The notes: generated from the letters alone by a model not told the origin. DNA of 64,000 nucleotides from Vicugna vicugna (GCA_013265495.1 MU058009.1:4532739-4596738); one strand, 5' to 3'. Positions 48,650 to 61,892 are shown, numbered from the stretch's first letter. Program-made: numbers and translations.

Positions 48650-50710
48650 TTCTCCCGTTTCCATCATAGTCCGCTTTTCCTCTGGGTGCCCCAGGAATGT
48701 TGGCGTTGCACAGGATCGACGTTCTCCTTCCTAAATCTAATGTCCAGCCTAGACCTTGTCAGGATTTACACCCTTGTGTTCACATGCCTGCCGGGGTCTC
48801 CTGCTGATGCGTCGCAGGGACTGTCACATCCAAGCTGACCTCAGTACTTTGCCCTCCGAGCCAGTCCCGCCTCCCGTGCCTGCACCCGTCGCTGGGGCCG
48901 CCGTCCCCTTGGTCACCCCGTAGGCTGGCATGTGTCCCCCATGGCCCTTGGCTCTGTCCTCCACGTCCAGCCCATCACCAGTTCAAGCAGTATCATCTCC
49001 ACGAGAGTTCTGAGATCTGCACCTTCTTTACCTCTGCCATCACCACCCAGATTCAAAGCCTGACCATCCCCTGCCCGGACAACTACCACAGCTTCCTGAA
49101 GGGTCCCCCTGTGTCCACAGTCCCAAAGTCACCCTCTATCCGCCAGCGACATCTTTCTAAACTCTAATCATAACTATGTAATTGTCCAACTTAAAATCTT
49201 CCTGTGGTTTCTCCATCATCTGAACGAGAAAATCAAAACTCCTTGTGGTGCTACACCCCCGGCCTCTGCTCCGGTCCCCGGTCTCACGCGTGCCTGGAGC
49301 ACAGGTTTCCAGCACACTGAGCTGTCTGAAGGGCCTCGCACATGTGTTACTGTTTTTATTGAAGTACAGTTGGTTTACAGGGCTGCGCTAATTTCAGGTG
49401 TACAGCACGGTGGTTCAGAGTATATACACATAGCTTCAGATTGTTTCCCTTGTGGTACATTGGATACAGTTCCCTGTATATGCCATAAATCCTTGTTCCT
49501 TGTCTATTTTATGTATAGTAGTTTGTATCTGCCAACCCCATACTCCTAATTTTTCCCATCTTCCCTGCCTTTCCCCTTTGGTAACCATAGATTTGTAGCC
49601 TGTATCTCCTTGAGTCTGCTTCTATTTTGTGTATAGATTCATTTGTGTTATATTTTAGATCCCACATATAAGTGATGTATAGAATTTGTCTTTCTCTGTC
49701 TGACTGACTTAGTATAATAACCTCCAACTCCATCCATGTTGCTGCAAATGGCATTATTTCATTCTTTTTTATGGCTGAGTAGTATTCCATTGTATAAATA
49801 TACCACAGCTTCTTTATCCAGTCATCTGTCAATGGACACTTAGGTTGCTTCCATGGCTTGGCTATTGTAAACAGTGCTGCTATGAACATTGGGGTGCATG
49901 TGTCTTTTTGAATAAGAATTCCCTCTGGATACATGCCCAGGAGTGGGATTGCTGGATCATATTTTTTTTTCCGTTTTTTTTTTTTTTTTTAAAGAATCTC
50001 CATACTGTTTTCCACAATGGCTGCAACCAAACTACATTCCCACCAACAGTATAGGAGGGTTCCCATTTCTCCACACCCTCTCCAGCGTTTATCATTTCTG
50101 GACTTTTGAATGATGGCCATTCTGACTGGTGTGAGGTGACACCTCATTGTGGTTTTGATCTACATTTCTCTGATAATTAGTGATATTGAGCATTTTTTCA
50201 CATACCTATTGGCCATCTGTATATCTTCTTTAAAGAAATGTCTAATTAAATCTTCTGCCCATTTTCTGATTGCGTTGTTGGTTTTTTTAATATCGAGTTG
50301 TATAAGCTGTTTGTATATTTTGGAAATTAACCCCTAATCAGTTGCATTGTTTGCAAATATTTTCTCCCATTCTGTAGGCTGACTTTCTGCCTTGTTGATG
50401 GTTTCCTTTGCTGTGCAAAAGTGTGCTTCCTTCAGTGTCTCTTTAATTACTGCGCCAGGCCTTCCTAATTAACTCAGTCACATCTTCCATGTCAGACTTA
50501 GCGGACTTTCCTTATCTTTAAAGATCCAGCTCCAGATCCTTCCGTGACAGAGCTCCCCCAACACCCATGGTGCTCTGTGCTCGCTCCATCACTGAACTTG
50601 CCGGTGATGCAGTCCGCTTGGAAGCCGACTTCATCAGGGCGGAGACTTTATCTTGTCACCCCGATGCCCCCAGTGTCTAGAACACAGGTCAGTGCCCATT
50701 TTTGTTAGCC
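48650..50710 (+). mobile_element. L2 LINE split by a younger L1 (segments about 48650-49345 and 50422-50710)
   Basis: ccacgtccagcccatcaccagttc...ggacaactaccacagcttcctgaaggg...ttaaaatcttcctgtggtttctcc before the L1; ...gggcggagactttatcttgtcacccc...cagtgtctagaacacag after it. Confidence 0.7.
49352..50421 (-). mobile_element. 5'-truncated LINE-1 (ORF2 C-terminus and 3' UTR)
   Basis: ORFs give KDTCTPMFIAALFTIAKPWKQPKCPLTDDWIKKLWYIYTMEYYSAIKKNE and NAGEGVEKWEPSYTVGGNV; tail tttttattgaagtacagttggtttaca. Confidence 0.95.
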
Positions 50711-53689
50711 AGTGTTTCCCAAATACTCATTTAGCAAGTGAGGTCTACAATATGAAGGTGAGCTCAGATTCACGCACAGTGTCTGTCCGTGTCTCTACCC
50801 TCTAGAGTCAGGGGAGTCCCCGAGAGTAAGCGGGCACGCTGGGGAGCCTTGGTTTGGGAGCCTAATTATTTCTTGCTTCTTTTTCTGATTTCCAGAAACG
50901 CTGGGAGGAGTCTGTGCTTCTGTTCTGAGTTCCCCTCTCACTCCCCTGCTCCTGGCCGCCCGCCCTAATCAAGGCTCTTGAGGGTCCCCGAGACTAGTCT
51001 GGGTTCGCCGTTCTTCTCAGTCCGCTCGCTTCTCCGGGTCACTGTCTTCATCCCACGCCCACCCCCCTCACTTCCTCGTGGAAGATGCCAAATCTCCACG
51101 CCCTGCACCGCCTGCCCGTCTGAACTTGGAGCCCATTTCCTCGCTGGAGGCCAGTCTGCTCTCCTGAGCGCTCTTCCGTCAACTCAAACAGAACATTAAA
51201 ACAAGATTTATCCTTTCCCCCAAAACCGCCCTTCCTGAGGACTTCCCTGTTTTATTTGGCGACACCTACATTCCAAATCACTCAGCTTTAGAAAACGCAG
51301 AATCAACTTTGTCATCTTCCTCTTCGGTGCCTCCTACATTTAATCAGTAACAACAGCCTTTTTAATTAATATGGATGTGGGGGAATTAACGGAGCTTTCG
51401 GACATGACAAGTAGCTCAGCTTATCTGGGGCAGAGGGTGCGCCAAGGCGCCGATGGGACCCAAGACCAGGTGGCGAGCTCCAGGCCTGGCGCCGCGGAGA
51501 CATGCTCCAGGCTGAGGCGCCGGGAATTCACTTAAAGGGACACTTCCAAGCTGGCGGCTGTACTGTTACAAGAAATGAGTCGTAGTGAACATGAATTTGG
51601 CCTTGACCTCGGAAGGTTAGAATGGCAGTGAGGGGGCACCATATAAGGTCACACTACAAAGGATCAGGGCTCAGTTATCCACCAGCTGTGTGACTCCATT
51701 AGCAGATGAGGGGCTCCCTGAATTAGGAGCCCCCCAAAGTGTGGGTTCTCGCTGCCCACCTGCTGTGTGAAAGCATTCACACAGCAGAGGCAGAGGGACA
51801 AAGAGAACACCAGCTCTACTGCTCAGAAGGGGAGAGGGAAGGAAGAGGTGCCCGAGCAGGGAGCCATCCACCAAGATGGGCGGCAGGGACGGCTCCGGCC
51901 CGGGTCGGGCCACGTGGACGTTAATGGGAGGCTTCCCCCATCACGTCCACCCTTCAGGCGTGAGGGAGCCAACCAGTCCTTGTCAAGTTTTTCAGTCCCT
52001 GCGTGGGCTTTTCCGGTGGCTGTCACGGCAATCGCCAACTGTCACGGCACCGATGGGTGTGTCACCCAGCAGCTAGCACATGACATGAGCGTGCGGTGAG
52101 GCCAAGGCCGCGGGAGTCAGGCCCTCGCCTTCCCGGACGGGGCGGGGTCTACCCAGCTCTGGCTTCTTCTCTGCGGCCGCCTCCTGAGACTCAGACAAGA
52201 GTGACTGGTGTCTAGGCAAGGGAGGGGCGGGATGTGATCCTGGGGGCAGCAGTCTCCGTAACAAAAGAGAAAGTTGCTTCCCAGCAGAGCACCTGCAGAC
52301 TGGTGGGCACAGGATCACCCCCAACACCGAAAAATAAAGCTTCTAAAGATTCTGCTCAGCCGTGAAAGTTTTAAAAGGAAATGAAGGAATCATCTCAGTC
52401 AATCACGAGCAGGTGGTCAGAGTCGCTGCACCGCCCGGCGCCTGCAGGCTTGTCCTCGTCCGCTGCCTGACTGCTCTGCTGTGCCTCGCGAGGCCGGGGA
52501 GGCCCGGCTTTTCCACAAACAAGAGGCGGGGCCGGGCGGGAGGGGCGCAGGGTCCTGCTCCCGTTCAGCTCTGTTAGGGTACCGAGCGTCCCCGAGCTAA
52601 GCGTCCTCCCTAGAAAATGCACTGAACAATGTGTCATAGGAGCATCCGGTGGGGCAGAGCCGACGCTCTCAGCAGCACGTCTGAGGTGCTCAGCAACTCG
52701 TGACATGGTGTTAAGAGCGGTTTCCAAGAGGCAGGGGGCTTCCTCGGGTTCTTGGCTGCTGTGACCCTCAGCCCCAAAGAACATGGAGACTGCTCCCGGA
52801 CACCTTCAGCCAACGCCCTGCAGGCGGCTGTTCCCACATCCCATCCGTGTAGACCACACCCTCCCCGAGAGCCAAGCCATGGCTGTTCATGTCTGCATCT
52901 GCGAGGCACAAGCAGCACCCCGGGCGGAGGCAGGTCTCAGCATGTGCCGAATGAACGGGCGAGCTCACGAGTGAGCCCGCAGCCGCAGCTGGCCGGTGAC
53001 GGGCTTTCCTTCGATCTGAGGTGGCTTCGCAGCTACCTGAGCGTCAGCGCGCTTCTCCAGTTCTCCGCACACTCTGACTCGCGCGGGGCACCTGCAAGGG
53101 ATGTTGCCTGGCACTTGGGTCCTTTTTCTTCTCCCAAGTGCCCTCGAGTACACTCTGAAGCTGCTCAGATTGACAGAAGGAATTCCCTCTTGTATCTTCA
53201 AGAAATAAGGTAAGGAGGGCGCTTCAGTCCCATCGACTTCACAAGTTAATGTCTTTATTTATTCATCTACTTTTATGGATCTGCCGAGCCTTCCTCCATC
53301 CGCCTTCAGCCCTTGGGGTTTCTCTCTGGACAGAGGTGCCCTTGCTCAAGCCGGATATGTGGACAGAAATGGGCAATTAGCGGCCCTGCAACTGCCTGTG
53401 GGGGCGACACTCTTCCTGCTCTGACGCTGGCAGCCGGCCCAGGCCTCCAGACAGGCCCTGACTTCCGCCACCACGCTGCTCCTTTCGCTCCTTCGCAGCC
53501 CACGTCCCCCTCATTTGTCTAAGCATCTCCTCTCACGGGCTAGTGACTGGCTGACTGGGCTCTGTCAGTTGGAGGACAAGGCCCGGAGCCGGAGGCCCTT
53601 CCCGGAGGGCCGAGCCCAGGAGGCCCGCGCTCCCCACCGCCCGCCCTCCCGCCCTCCACGAGTAAAGCCCCCGACAGGTCTCGTCTCAC

Positions 53690-53783
53690 CCGCCTCCAGG
53701 CCCGTCTCCTGTTCTCATTCCTGCAGCAATGGGGCTGGGATGCCGTCCCGCAGCCAAGCAGGAGACATGCCCGAACCCGGGAG
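53690..53783 (-). pseudogene. Candidate 94-nt exon (right minus-strand chain)
   Basis: Acceptor cctctgtcttcctttccttcag|C, donor CGG|GTGAGA; two frames open. Confidence 0.25.
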
Positions 53784-54589
53784 CTGAAGGAAAGGAAGAC
53801 AGAGGTGCTGAGAACGTGAGTGAAGAGACAGAGAACGAGGACGGCTCTCTGGGCTCGCACTGGGCTGAAGGGGAACGAGTGACCCCCTTCCAACTGGACT
53901 GTTTCTTTTGAAACCTTCCGAGCCAGCGTGGAGAGGAGGTGGGCAGCGACGGCTGCCTGGGGGTGTCGGTCAGGCTTTAGTAGCTTCGAAGACAAGGGTT
54001 ATTTTCTGACTTGTCATGGAATTTTGTTTCCAGGCAAACGTGAGTTTTAATTCCAGTCCCATCACTAACTGTGTGACTGAAGTTCCCGGCTTGCTGCCTG
54101 ACTCGCCAGTAGATGCTCAACGAGCCCCAGCGTTGTTGTGAGCACTGCGCTGCGCTGCTCTGTTACTCTGAAGACCACAGCATGGCCAGGCGTGGAGTAG
54201 CTCAAAAGTCGGCTCGGGCCTCGTCTTCTTCCACTGTTGCCGGGAAGGAGAACGCTTTCTGGGATGAAGGGGTGCCCAGGCGGCAAAGCCGGTCCCCACG
54301 TGTGACCAGGGGCTCTCCCGGGGCTGATCCATCCCGGGAGGTCACGTGGTGAAGACACAAAGTACAGGGGTCAGAACCTTTCTGAAAGAGCTTCTGTCCC
54401 TGAAGGGCCAAACACGACCTGTGCAAGCGGCACAGGGACTCAGTGCATGTTGGTCGGGCTGGACTGTGTCCGCGGTCTCTCCATCCCCGAGTTCTGTCTC
54501 TCACGCTCACCAGAAGGAACTGGTGATAGAAACTCCCTCTTCTGTGCTGTAACCACTCGCTTCCCTGAACCGGGAGCACCCCGGACAGC

Positions 54590-54780
54590 GGTGCAGAACG
54601 CAGGTTCTGGAGTCGCACCTGGGTGCCAGCTCTGGGTCCAGGATCCCACAGCTGTGTGATCGTAGGCTGCTGACCTGATCTCACTGAGCTCCAACTTTTC
54701 TTTTTTAATGTGAATCGACGCCACTGGTGGTACTGCGTAAAGATTCAATAAAGACTTATCAGAAGGGTTAAATAAACCAA
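54590..54780 (+). mobile_element. MIR fragment
   Basis: ggttctggagtcgcacctggg...cagctgtgtgatcgtaggctgctgacctgatctcactgagctccaact. Confidence 0.55.
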
Positions 54781-55419
54781 TTTACATGAAATGTGGGCCA
54801 CAGTGCCCAGCAGGAAGCCCATGTTCAAATACATCCTATTTGGTGTGTCGATGCCATCGTGGACCTGCAGGTCCCTTGAGCCAGGAGCCAGCTCCCTGCA
54901 TCATCAGACCCGCTTCCTGCTCAGAGACACAGGGCCACGTCCCCTTCCTATAATCCTGGTCAGTCCAGCAAGGGGATTGCTGTTTTTATTCCCTCCTAAC
55001 ACAGGAGGCCGTTCCAGCCCTGCCCGGGCAGCTTGTTTTCTTGATTTTAATTAAGTGAGGCTTTAGGGTAAAGCCCAGGTGATAGACACGAGGACGGCGG
55101 GCTGCCTGCAGACCCCAGGGCCCTCGCCCCAGCCTGGCTGGAGACGCCAGGCGGGCTAGACCGGCATCTGGCTGCGGAGCAGCGTTAACACTAACGTGCT
55201 ATGTCGCTCTTTGCAAATACGATTTGCAGCAGAAACACTCAGCGATGACAACGTAGGAGCAGAGCCGCTGGGGAGTCAGCTGCCCGCACCCCTGGGCCTC
55301 CTGGCAGGCTGCCTGCTGTGCAGGGCTGTCTGGACATTCCACACAGACCGCAAGGTGACTCCAGGGAGGCCTCGGGTCCCCGCCGAACCGCCCCAGCACC
55401 CCGTTCCTCCTGCTCCGGG

Positions 55420-56385
55420 AGAGGTCTCCATTTTGTCATGAATTCCAGCATGTCTGGGACCTTTCTCTCTCTCGTCCCTACCACCGCTAGGCCAGGATTC
55501 ACGCCCTTCTTTTCTGCCATATTGCAGCAGCGTTCCAGCTGTCTGCCTGTCTCCCGTCTCACTCAAATGCAGGCCTTCGTTCACGCTAGTGTGAGAGTGA
55601 TTTTTCTACAAGCCAAGTGCTAACCCGTGCCTCTCTGACTCGGGTCCTCACTGCCTCCCTGCTGAACGGAATAAGCTGCCAGTCTTCAGGCGGACGGCCC
55701 GCGAGGGGAGGGTCCCGGAGAGAGCCGGCTCTGGGGCTGCCTACTCCGCCAGGAAGTTAATCCAGCGACACGACCACGTAAGTTTTCTCATTCTCGTTTC
55801 CGCTTCACAGAAACAAAACCAGAAAGGTCTGGCAGCACGGCGTGGGCCTCAGAGCAGTGACGTGCCCCTTTGTCCGACCCCTAAGACTGTCCTCTTTGCA
55901 CCAGACCTTCACAAGCTCCTCCTGCCAGGCGCCAGTCAGCATGTCGAGCCTCACCGCACCCCCCGCTGCCCTCTCACCCCCCGTGACGGAGCCGCACCAG
56001 ACTGTGCACAGAGGACCCAGGACACAGACATCGGCCTCCAGCCTCTGTCCCGACTGTCGTATGCCTAGCGCCCCATTAGTACCGGCCTCATCTCATTCCC
56101 TTCTTCCTCTGAAGGAGCAGCTGGCACACACCGCCTTTGGGGCCCCGCCTTATGTCTTGGGCAGAATTGCCCATCCCTCCTCTCTGCTGCCTTGCAGTGG
56201 CAGCCACTCTTCTGTCCTGCCCGCCCTCACTTCTGTATCAGCGCTCCACCATCGTGGCGTCTGTTCACAGAGTCTGTCCTCCCGACTCAGGGCCTGGGGG
56301 CCGTCTGACCCTTGTGTGTGTCTCTGCCGCCCGGCACAGCACAGGGTCCCCGGAAGGAGCTCAAGTCAACTTCACTGAATGAGGG
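55420..56385 (+). mobile_element. Diverged L2 fragments with a MIR piece near 55770-55830
   Basis: gtgagagtgatttttctacaagccaag... and 3' end cccggcacagcacagggtccccggaaggagctcaagtcaacttcactgaatga. Confidence 0.5.
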
Positions 56386-57184
56386 CAAACCGAAAATAAC
56401 AGATAATACCAGAAATTATTCTTCTCCTTGTACTGACATGGTTCTATCTCTGTTGTGAACACCGCAAAAAACGCTTTGTCCTCCTCATGAACTCAGGTTA
56501 GGTGGAGCTCACATTTTAAAAAGTAAACTTGACAAGGAAAGCGCTAAAGCAGCTTTCTGTGACTCCAGCATCCACCCACGATGCCCCAGCTTCAGATGAT
56601 CACACTTGTCCTGGCAGCCGGCTAAACGGCAGGCTGTCCGCGGGGCACTTAGGGCCACGCTTGCAGGCATCTGTGCGAGGGGGAGCTCTTAGCTTTCCTC
56701 GATCAGCCGGCTACTCTGCCAACAGCACTGAAGACAGAATCAGACTTGCACAACACAGATAATGGGTCTACCTCCCTTGCCAGTTACTTTCAACTCAAGT
56801 TTTCCCAAAACAGGGTGACAGACGGAAGTCCTGCCAGCTGGACCGTTGAGCTGTGCAACTCCCGGGTCCCCGGCTCCACCGCCGCCGTCCTTTACCGCAA
56901 AGCCTGGGAGGCGCGTGAAACCACGGCAGGAAGCGGGTGTTGGGAGCACCCTAGCTCCCGGGAGGGCGGGCCCCTGAACGGCACTGGGGAAATGGGCGCG
57001 GACGGCAGCATCTCCGTGCCTGCCAGCGAAGGCTGCCACCTGCAAGTGGAGGGTGCGGCGGGGCGGCCTCTCGGCTCTGCCGTGTCTCATCACTCGGTGC
57101 CAAAGCAAGAGCATCATTATTCCTGAAGGAGACGCTGGGCAGACATTTCATTTGAAAACTGTCATTTTACAAATGTTTAATTAC

Positions 57185-57260
57185 TTCTCAAATGCAATGG
57201 ATGACTGCAAATTTGCGATCTGTCCTGTGAGAAGCTATCAAGTTCAACCTCCTTGAGTCA
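57185..57260 (-). pseudogene. Candidate 76-nt exon with a stop in every frame (right minus-strand chain)
   Basis: Strong acceptor T13-CCCAG|, donor GAA|GTAATT; phase-0 frame *LKEVELDSFSQDRSQICSHPLHLR has only the first codon (TGA) closed. Confidence 0.3.
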
Positions 57261-58319
57261 CTGGGAAAAAAAAAAAAACTGTACATAGAAAATTAAAGTG
57301 CTGTGATCGCTCGGTATTCAAAATGAGTTTCTGCCTTCCTTGTGGCTCTGCCCTCTGGTGCCCCCTCTACCTCCAGGAGACTTCCCAGGTGACGACGCCA
57401 GGTCCGGTGGGAGCCGCTTCCCGCTCACTGGCCCTCCCACGCCAGGGGCTCACGACTGATTTCAGTTCCAGGGGCAGAGCTGAGAAATCACCTGGACACG
57501 AGGCTCTGATTTCAATTCAGTGAACTCCACAACATTTCCCTGAGCTTCCGGGGAGACCTGGCTCACTTGGGGCTCAAGGCAAAGTGTGAGGCTTTGATCA
57601 TTTTCAGTGGCGGTGGCTGCAGTTTCCAAGAATGTCATGTGTTCGTTGTCGTTGGACAGGTACACCTGAGAACTGTGGGGCCCTAGATTTAGCCACAGAG
57701 AACGACAAGTGAGCGTGGGGAGACCCCTGTGTGCGCCAGCTGCTCCCTCCGCCTGGGACCCCGACCCCACTTCCCTGACCCAGATCCTCCGTGGTTCAGC
57801 TCAGATCCGCTCTGCCCCACACAGCCTCCAGGACACCCATAACCAGAAGGAATCACCCTGCCCCCCACAGGATTTCCTAAGGTTCTTCCCCCCCAGAATG
57901 TTCTCCTAGCACGTATGGCTGATAACCATGGGGTGCGCTCACTGCCCTTCTCCTTTCTGCCCAGAGAGACTTGGAACAACTTGAGGACAACGTGCTCCTG
58001 ATAAAGCAGACAGCAGGCCCTGGAAGCCCCGCTGCGTTAACGAGAGGAAGGAGTCCCCAGAGCGTTTCTCTGTGACGGCGGCGTGGGCGGGAGGGGAGGG
58101 CCGCGACCTGACGTGGGGGATGACCCGTAAGAGCCCAGGGCGCCGCAGACCCGCGTGAGAGGAAGGCAGCAATTTAACGGGAGGGGCCGGAGCTACACTA
58201 AGACTAGGGTGACAACTGCCTGGGGCAAAAGGATCTCCGGGACAGGAGACTGGCATTGTAGTTAGGAAGGTCCAGACAAACCTTGATGAGTTGGTCCCCA
58301 ACTCAAGCCCGAGGCTTAC

Positions 58320-59199
58320 TTTCCACCGGCGAGGGGAGGGGGCTCCGCCGGGAAGCACAGCCTGCACAAAGCCAGAGGAGGGTGACCCCGGGCTCCTCTG
58401 AGAGTCAAGGGTCGAGCGGCCTAGTTTCACTGGCGTAAGAAACATTCAAAAGCGCAGTGGGACGCAAAGCTAGGGAGGGAGACACGGCTTTGCGGACAGA
58501 GGTCGCAGTAAAACGTGGTTTATCCACAATCAGAAGTGGGCCCCACGGCAAAGGAGCAGGGGCACCGAAAAATAAAAGTCTGGGTTTGTCTGCAGCCTCC
58601 GCACAGCACCTGCCGCGGACCCTCCTGCACACGGCCCCTAGAGGGGAGCGCTGGGGCGGCGTCCGGCGGCGTCCGGGAAGCGGGCTTCCCTCCTGTCCAC
58701 AAAAGTTTCGAGCCCACGAAGTCATCTGTCGTGCCGGCGGGCAAAAGAGATTGAGGCTGACGGTGGATTTCGTACAGGGCATGTTGTCTGGAAAGCTAAT
58801 GGCCTGGGGGCATCATAACGGACTTCTATTCGTCCCACTTGGACGCCCTGAAAGGGCGCCTCTGATCCGCACCCAGTGGCTGCTGACCCGCCCACCGCGG
58901 GGGCCGGGGGCCCTAGTTCAGAGGCCACCCAGGCCGCCTGGGGGCCAGGACGGGAGAGGGCAGCACTGCTTGTGGACAGTGAGTCTCCCTTCCTGAGAGC
59001 GCTTCCGACCTCGACGTCTGATCATGTACACTGTCAAAAATGCCTATAATCATGTCTCCCAAGTTCCCCTCTGGCCCTGAGAGGACTCGGGGGCCGGCTG
59101 TTTGCGTGTTTACTGAGGACGAAGGCAGAATTACTGGGGATGATTTCTGTTTCGTTAAGGGTTTAGGCTGCAGCTCAAGAACTTCGGACATTAAATTTT
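58320..59199 (-). pseudogene. Candidate large disrupted exon (right minus-strand chain)
   Basis: Strong acceptor gttttattttctag|AA; phase-1 frame (E)NLMSEVLELQPKPLTKQKSSPVILP... open to 58913, then overlapping open frames up to donor AAA|GTAAGC; 3' end speculative. Confidence 0.35.
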
Positions 59200-60882
59200 C
59201 TAGAAAATAAAACATGCTGTCCACATCCAAAAAAAATTTTTTTTTAAATTTTGCGGCATCCACTTTCTACATCGATTCATCGTGGGCTCAAGAATGAACC
59301 TGCGTTTTCCAAGTACCGGTTTGTGATACAAGTAACTGATGTGCACCAGGGACATGAATAGGACGTCCAGTCTTGTGCTCAAGTCACGTTACAAACCCAG
59401 CCAGCCTCCCTCATCTTGTTTCTCTCCAGCTTTATGTGAACAGCAGATTCCGACACCTCATTTATCCTGGGGGTTCACTCAAGGTGCTAATTCAGTCACG
59501 CTGCATCCGGCAGAACCAGGGATGTGGGGGGGGCGTCACAGAGAGGGGGGTGGGGTGGGCGAGGGCCGAAGACGAACGCTGGGGAGGTCAAATGAGTCAC
59601 AGCGGGACCGAGTGGCCACGGCGAAAGCAGAGACGTCGGAGGTCCAGCCAGAAGCAAGGGTGTCCTCAGCGGGGCAGGACCCCACTCAAGGCACGGCCCT
59701 GGGAGACGGGTGGCTGGGCTCTGCTCCCTGGTCGCCGATTCTCTGCTCTTCCTCGGGTAGGAAACCCTGTCCCTGGAGAGCCAGAAACACTCCCGAAGTG
59801 GCTTCTCACGTCTAGGTTTCAAGCCTCAGTCCCAGCTCATTCCAGACAGCCACCCAGGGGCCGGTTAGAGGAGCTCTGCGACCGAGCCCTGCAGGGAGGG
59901 GCCGGCACCCGGACAGCATCCCAGTCCCAAAAGGGCGGGAGAGATGGGAAAGCAGCTGGAGGAAAACAAGCCCCGTTTCCTGCCGGGGAAACGGCGTGGG
60001 GTGAGCTGGCGCCCGGGACAGGCTGCTTCGCCAGGACTGGGCCCCCTGGCTGGTGACTGTCATCCTGGAGAAAAGCATGAGGCACTCTGGTCCTGCCCTT
60101 TACAAGGGCAGCTCTTCAGGTGACCCTCCGCCCGCTTACACGCAGGAAGCAAACCCTTTTGCAAAAGGAGGAGCTCAGGGCTCAGGAATCTCAATCACAG
60201 CGTCTTTATTGCAGCCTGGATCAATTCCAGCGACCCTCCGAGACAGCGCCCTCTCCAGGGTGTGGCAGGGGCTCCACCCACTCAAGTATGCAGCAAACAA
60301 AACAAAACTGCTCATTGTTTCTGGGCGCGTAGGCATCCCCCCACCCCGCCCCGCAGGAGCGCTCTCAGCACCGTCTCTGCCGAGCCGCTGAAACTGCCCT
60401 TGCACACTCTGAAGAATGCCCAGGAAACAGACTCTGGAGTCTCGGATGTTTCCCCCACTTCCTCATATAACAATTATAGGCACCCCTGCAAACGCTGAAA
60501 GATAAAGACAGACGGGCTGTGAGGGGCCGGGGAGGGAGCACTGAACTCAGAGAACAGACACTTTTTTTTTTTGCTTGAGAAAAATAGAAATCATTAATAA
60601 AATCAAAGCCTGCTGAACGGCTGGGCAAAGGATTCTGGGAAACCAAACGGTGCTTGCTGGTGGAATTCCTGGTGGCACATGGTCTGTGGGGATGCTTGCA
60701 AGGAGGGTGAGGCCCACAGGTCTCCAGAAACCTCTTCTGCGGGTGCCCTGAGGTCTTTGCTGAGTCCTCAGCTGCACAGTTTTAGAAGGTAAGCATGTTT
60801 CCAAACACAGGTTTTCCGTCCAGTGTCCAGATCGGCAGGCAGCAAGTTCAATGCACCTTAAAGCTGACTTGATAAAGCAGGA

Positions 60883-61052
60883 GTGTTTACAACAGCCAAG
60901 ACATGGAAGCAAAAACCTAAATGCCCATCGATGGACGACTGGGTAAAGAAGTTGTGGGGGGGTGTGTAACTCAGCCATAAAAAAAGAATGAAATGATGCC
61001 ACCTGCAGCAACATGGATGGACCCAGAGACGGTCATTCTAAGTGAAGTGAGC
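60883..61052 (+). mobile_element. Internal L1 ORF2-end fragment without a poly(A) tail
   Basis: tttacaacagccaagacatggaagc...actcagccataaaaaaagaatgaaatgatgccacctgcagcaacatggatggacccagagacggtcattctaagtgaagtgagcc. Confidence 0.85.
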
Positions 61053-61606
61053 CCCTTCCTGGATGGAATGCTGGCATCGCAACACCCTAGTGCTCTCGAG
61101 TTGGAAGAATTCTGAGTGACTCTTACCCACACCCCTCACTAAATGTCTTCTGAACCTGAAGCCCCAAGGAAGCGGACGCGCTGGGGAGACAGCGCAGCTG
61201 CGGGGCGCCACCCCCTCCCCGCCCCTCCCCGGCCTCCGCACTGAAGCGCGCCCGCACTGTACGTGTTTGCACACCGTCTTCTTATCCTCACAGGCCTTGC
61301 TTTCTCGCTGCAAGTACGCCCTTCTGGAGAACAAGGTCTCCTGAAACGCTGAATTCTTGAGAAACTTCGAGGAAGGCCTTTGCACATATGAGTCTAATTA
61401 ATTGAGATGAATAGAGAGAAAATAAATCTTTCCCTCAAATTCCATCTACAGCTAAAGGAAAAATCTCTACAAAGGCACATGCTTCCCCCAATAAAATCTG
61501 ATTCAAGCTCTTCAAGGCTAGAGGTTACAGCTGAGAGAAACCAGTGTATGAAAAGTATCAGTTCATTTTCATGAGCTGGAAAGTCAGATGATATACTGAG
61601 ATTTAC

Positions 61607-61700
61607 CTTCTCATCTCCGTTTTAAATCTGATGACTCTAACAAGCATTTCCTAGCTTCCACCGCGGTACTGAGTGTTTGACATTTTTTATTGCCAAGGGG
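61607..61700 (-). pseudogene. Candidate exon with a premature TGA (right minus-strand chain)
   Basis: Acceptor ttcagttaatcag| (alternative AG 8 nt upstream), donor AAG|GTAAAT; PLGNKKCQTLSTAVEARKCLLESSDLKRR*E, stop at 61611-61613, phase 1 out. Confidence 0.35.
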
Positions 61701-61852
61701 CTGATTAACTGAAGTATTCAATTCAAATTAAAATATGACACATTTATTGCACGTGTGAATAACGTTCATACATTTTACTCAAGGAACCATTAGATTCTAC
61801 AAAGAATTTATAAAAAATGGAAAAACCAGTCTTTGAGCTTCAACGAGCTTAC

Positions 61853-61892
61853 CCTGTTATTCTTTTTTCTTTTTCTTTGTTTGACTATGTTG
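61853..61892 (-). pseudogene. Candidate 40-nt exon with a basic, NLS-like peptide (right minus-strand chain)
   Basis: Acceptor tctcatctctgccttattag|C, donor AGG|GTAAGC; reads NIVKQRKRKKNNR. Confidence 0.35.

Noticed and set aside
53138..53209. Plus-strand exon candidate (ttctcccaag|...AAG|GTAAGG)
   Set aside because: Good splice signals but isolated; no partner plus-strand exons or recognisable peptide found
47800..56830. Colinear short resemblances to remembered MGA motifs (HPVLGKLELKV, VTEQRSAVLTTTL, LLGC..QPHC, ARVRV, SSSSPSP)
   Set aside because: Matches this short are expected by chance over six frames, several lie outside the good exon candidates, and no T-box or bHLH is visible; only a significant profile or tblastn hit would justify the name
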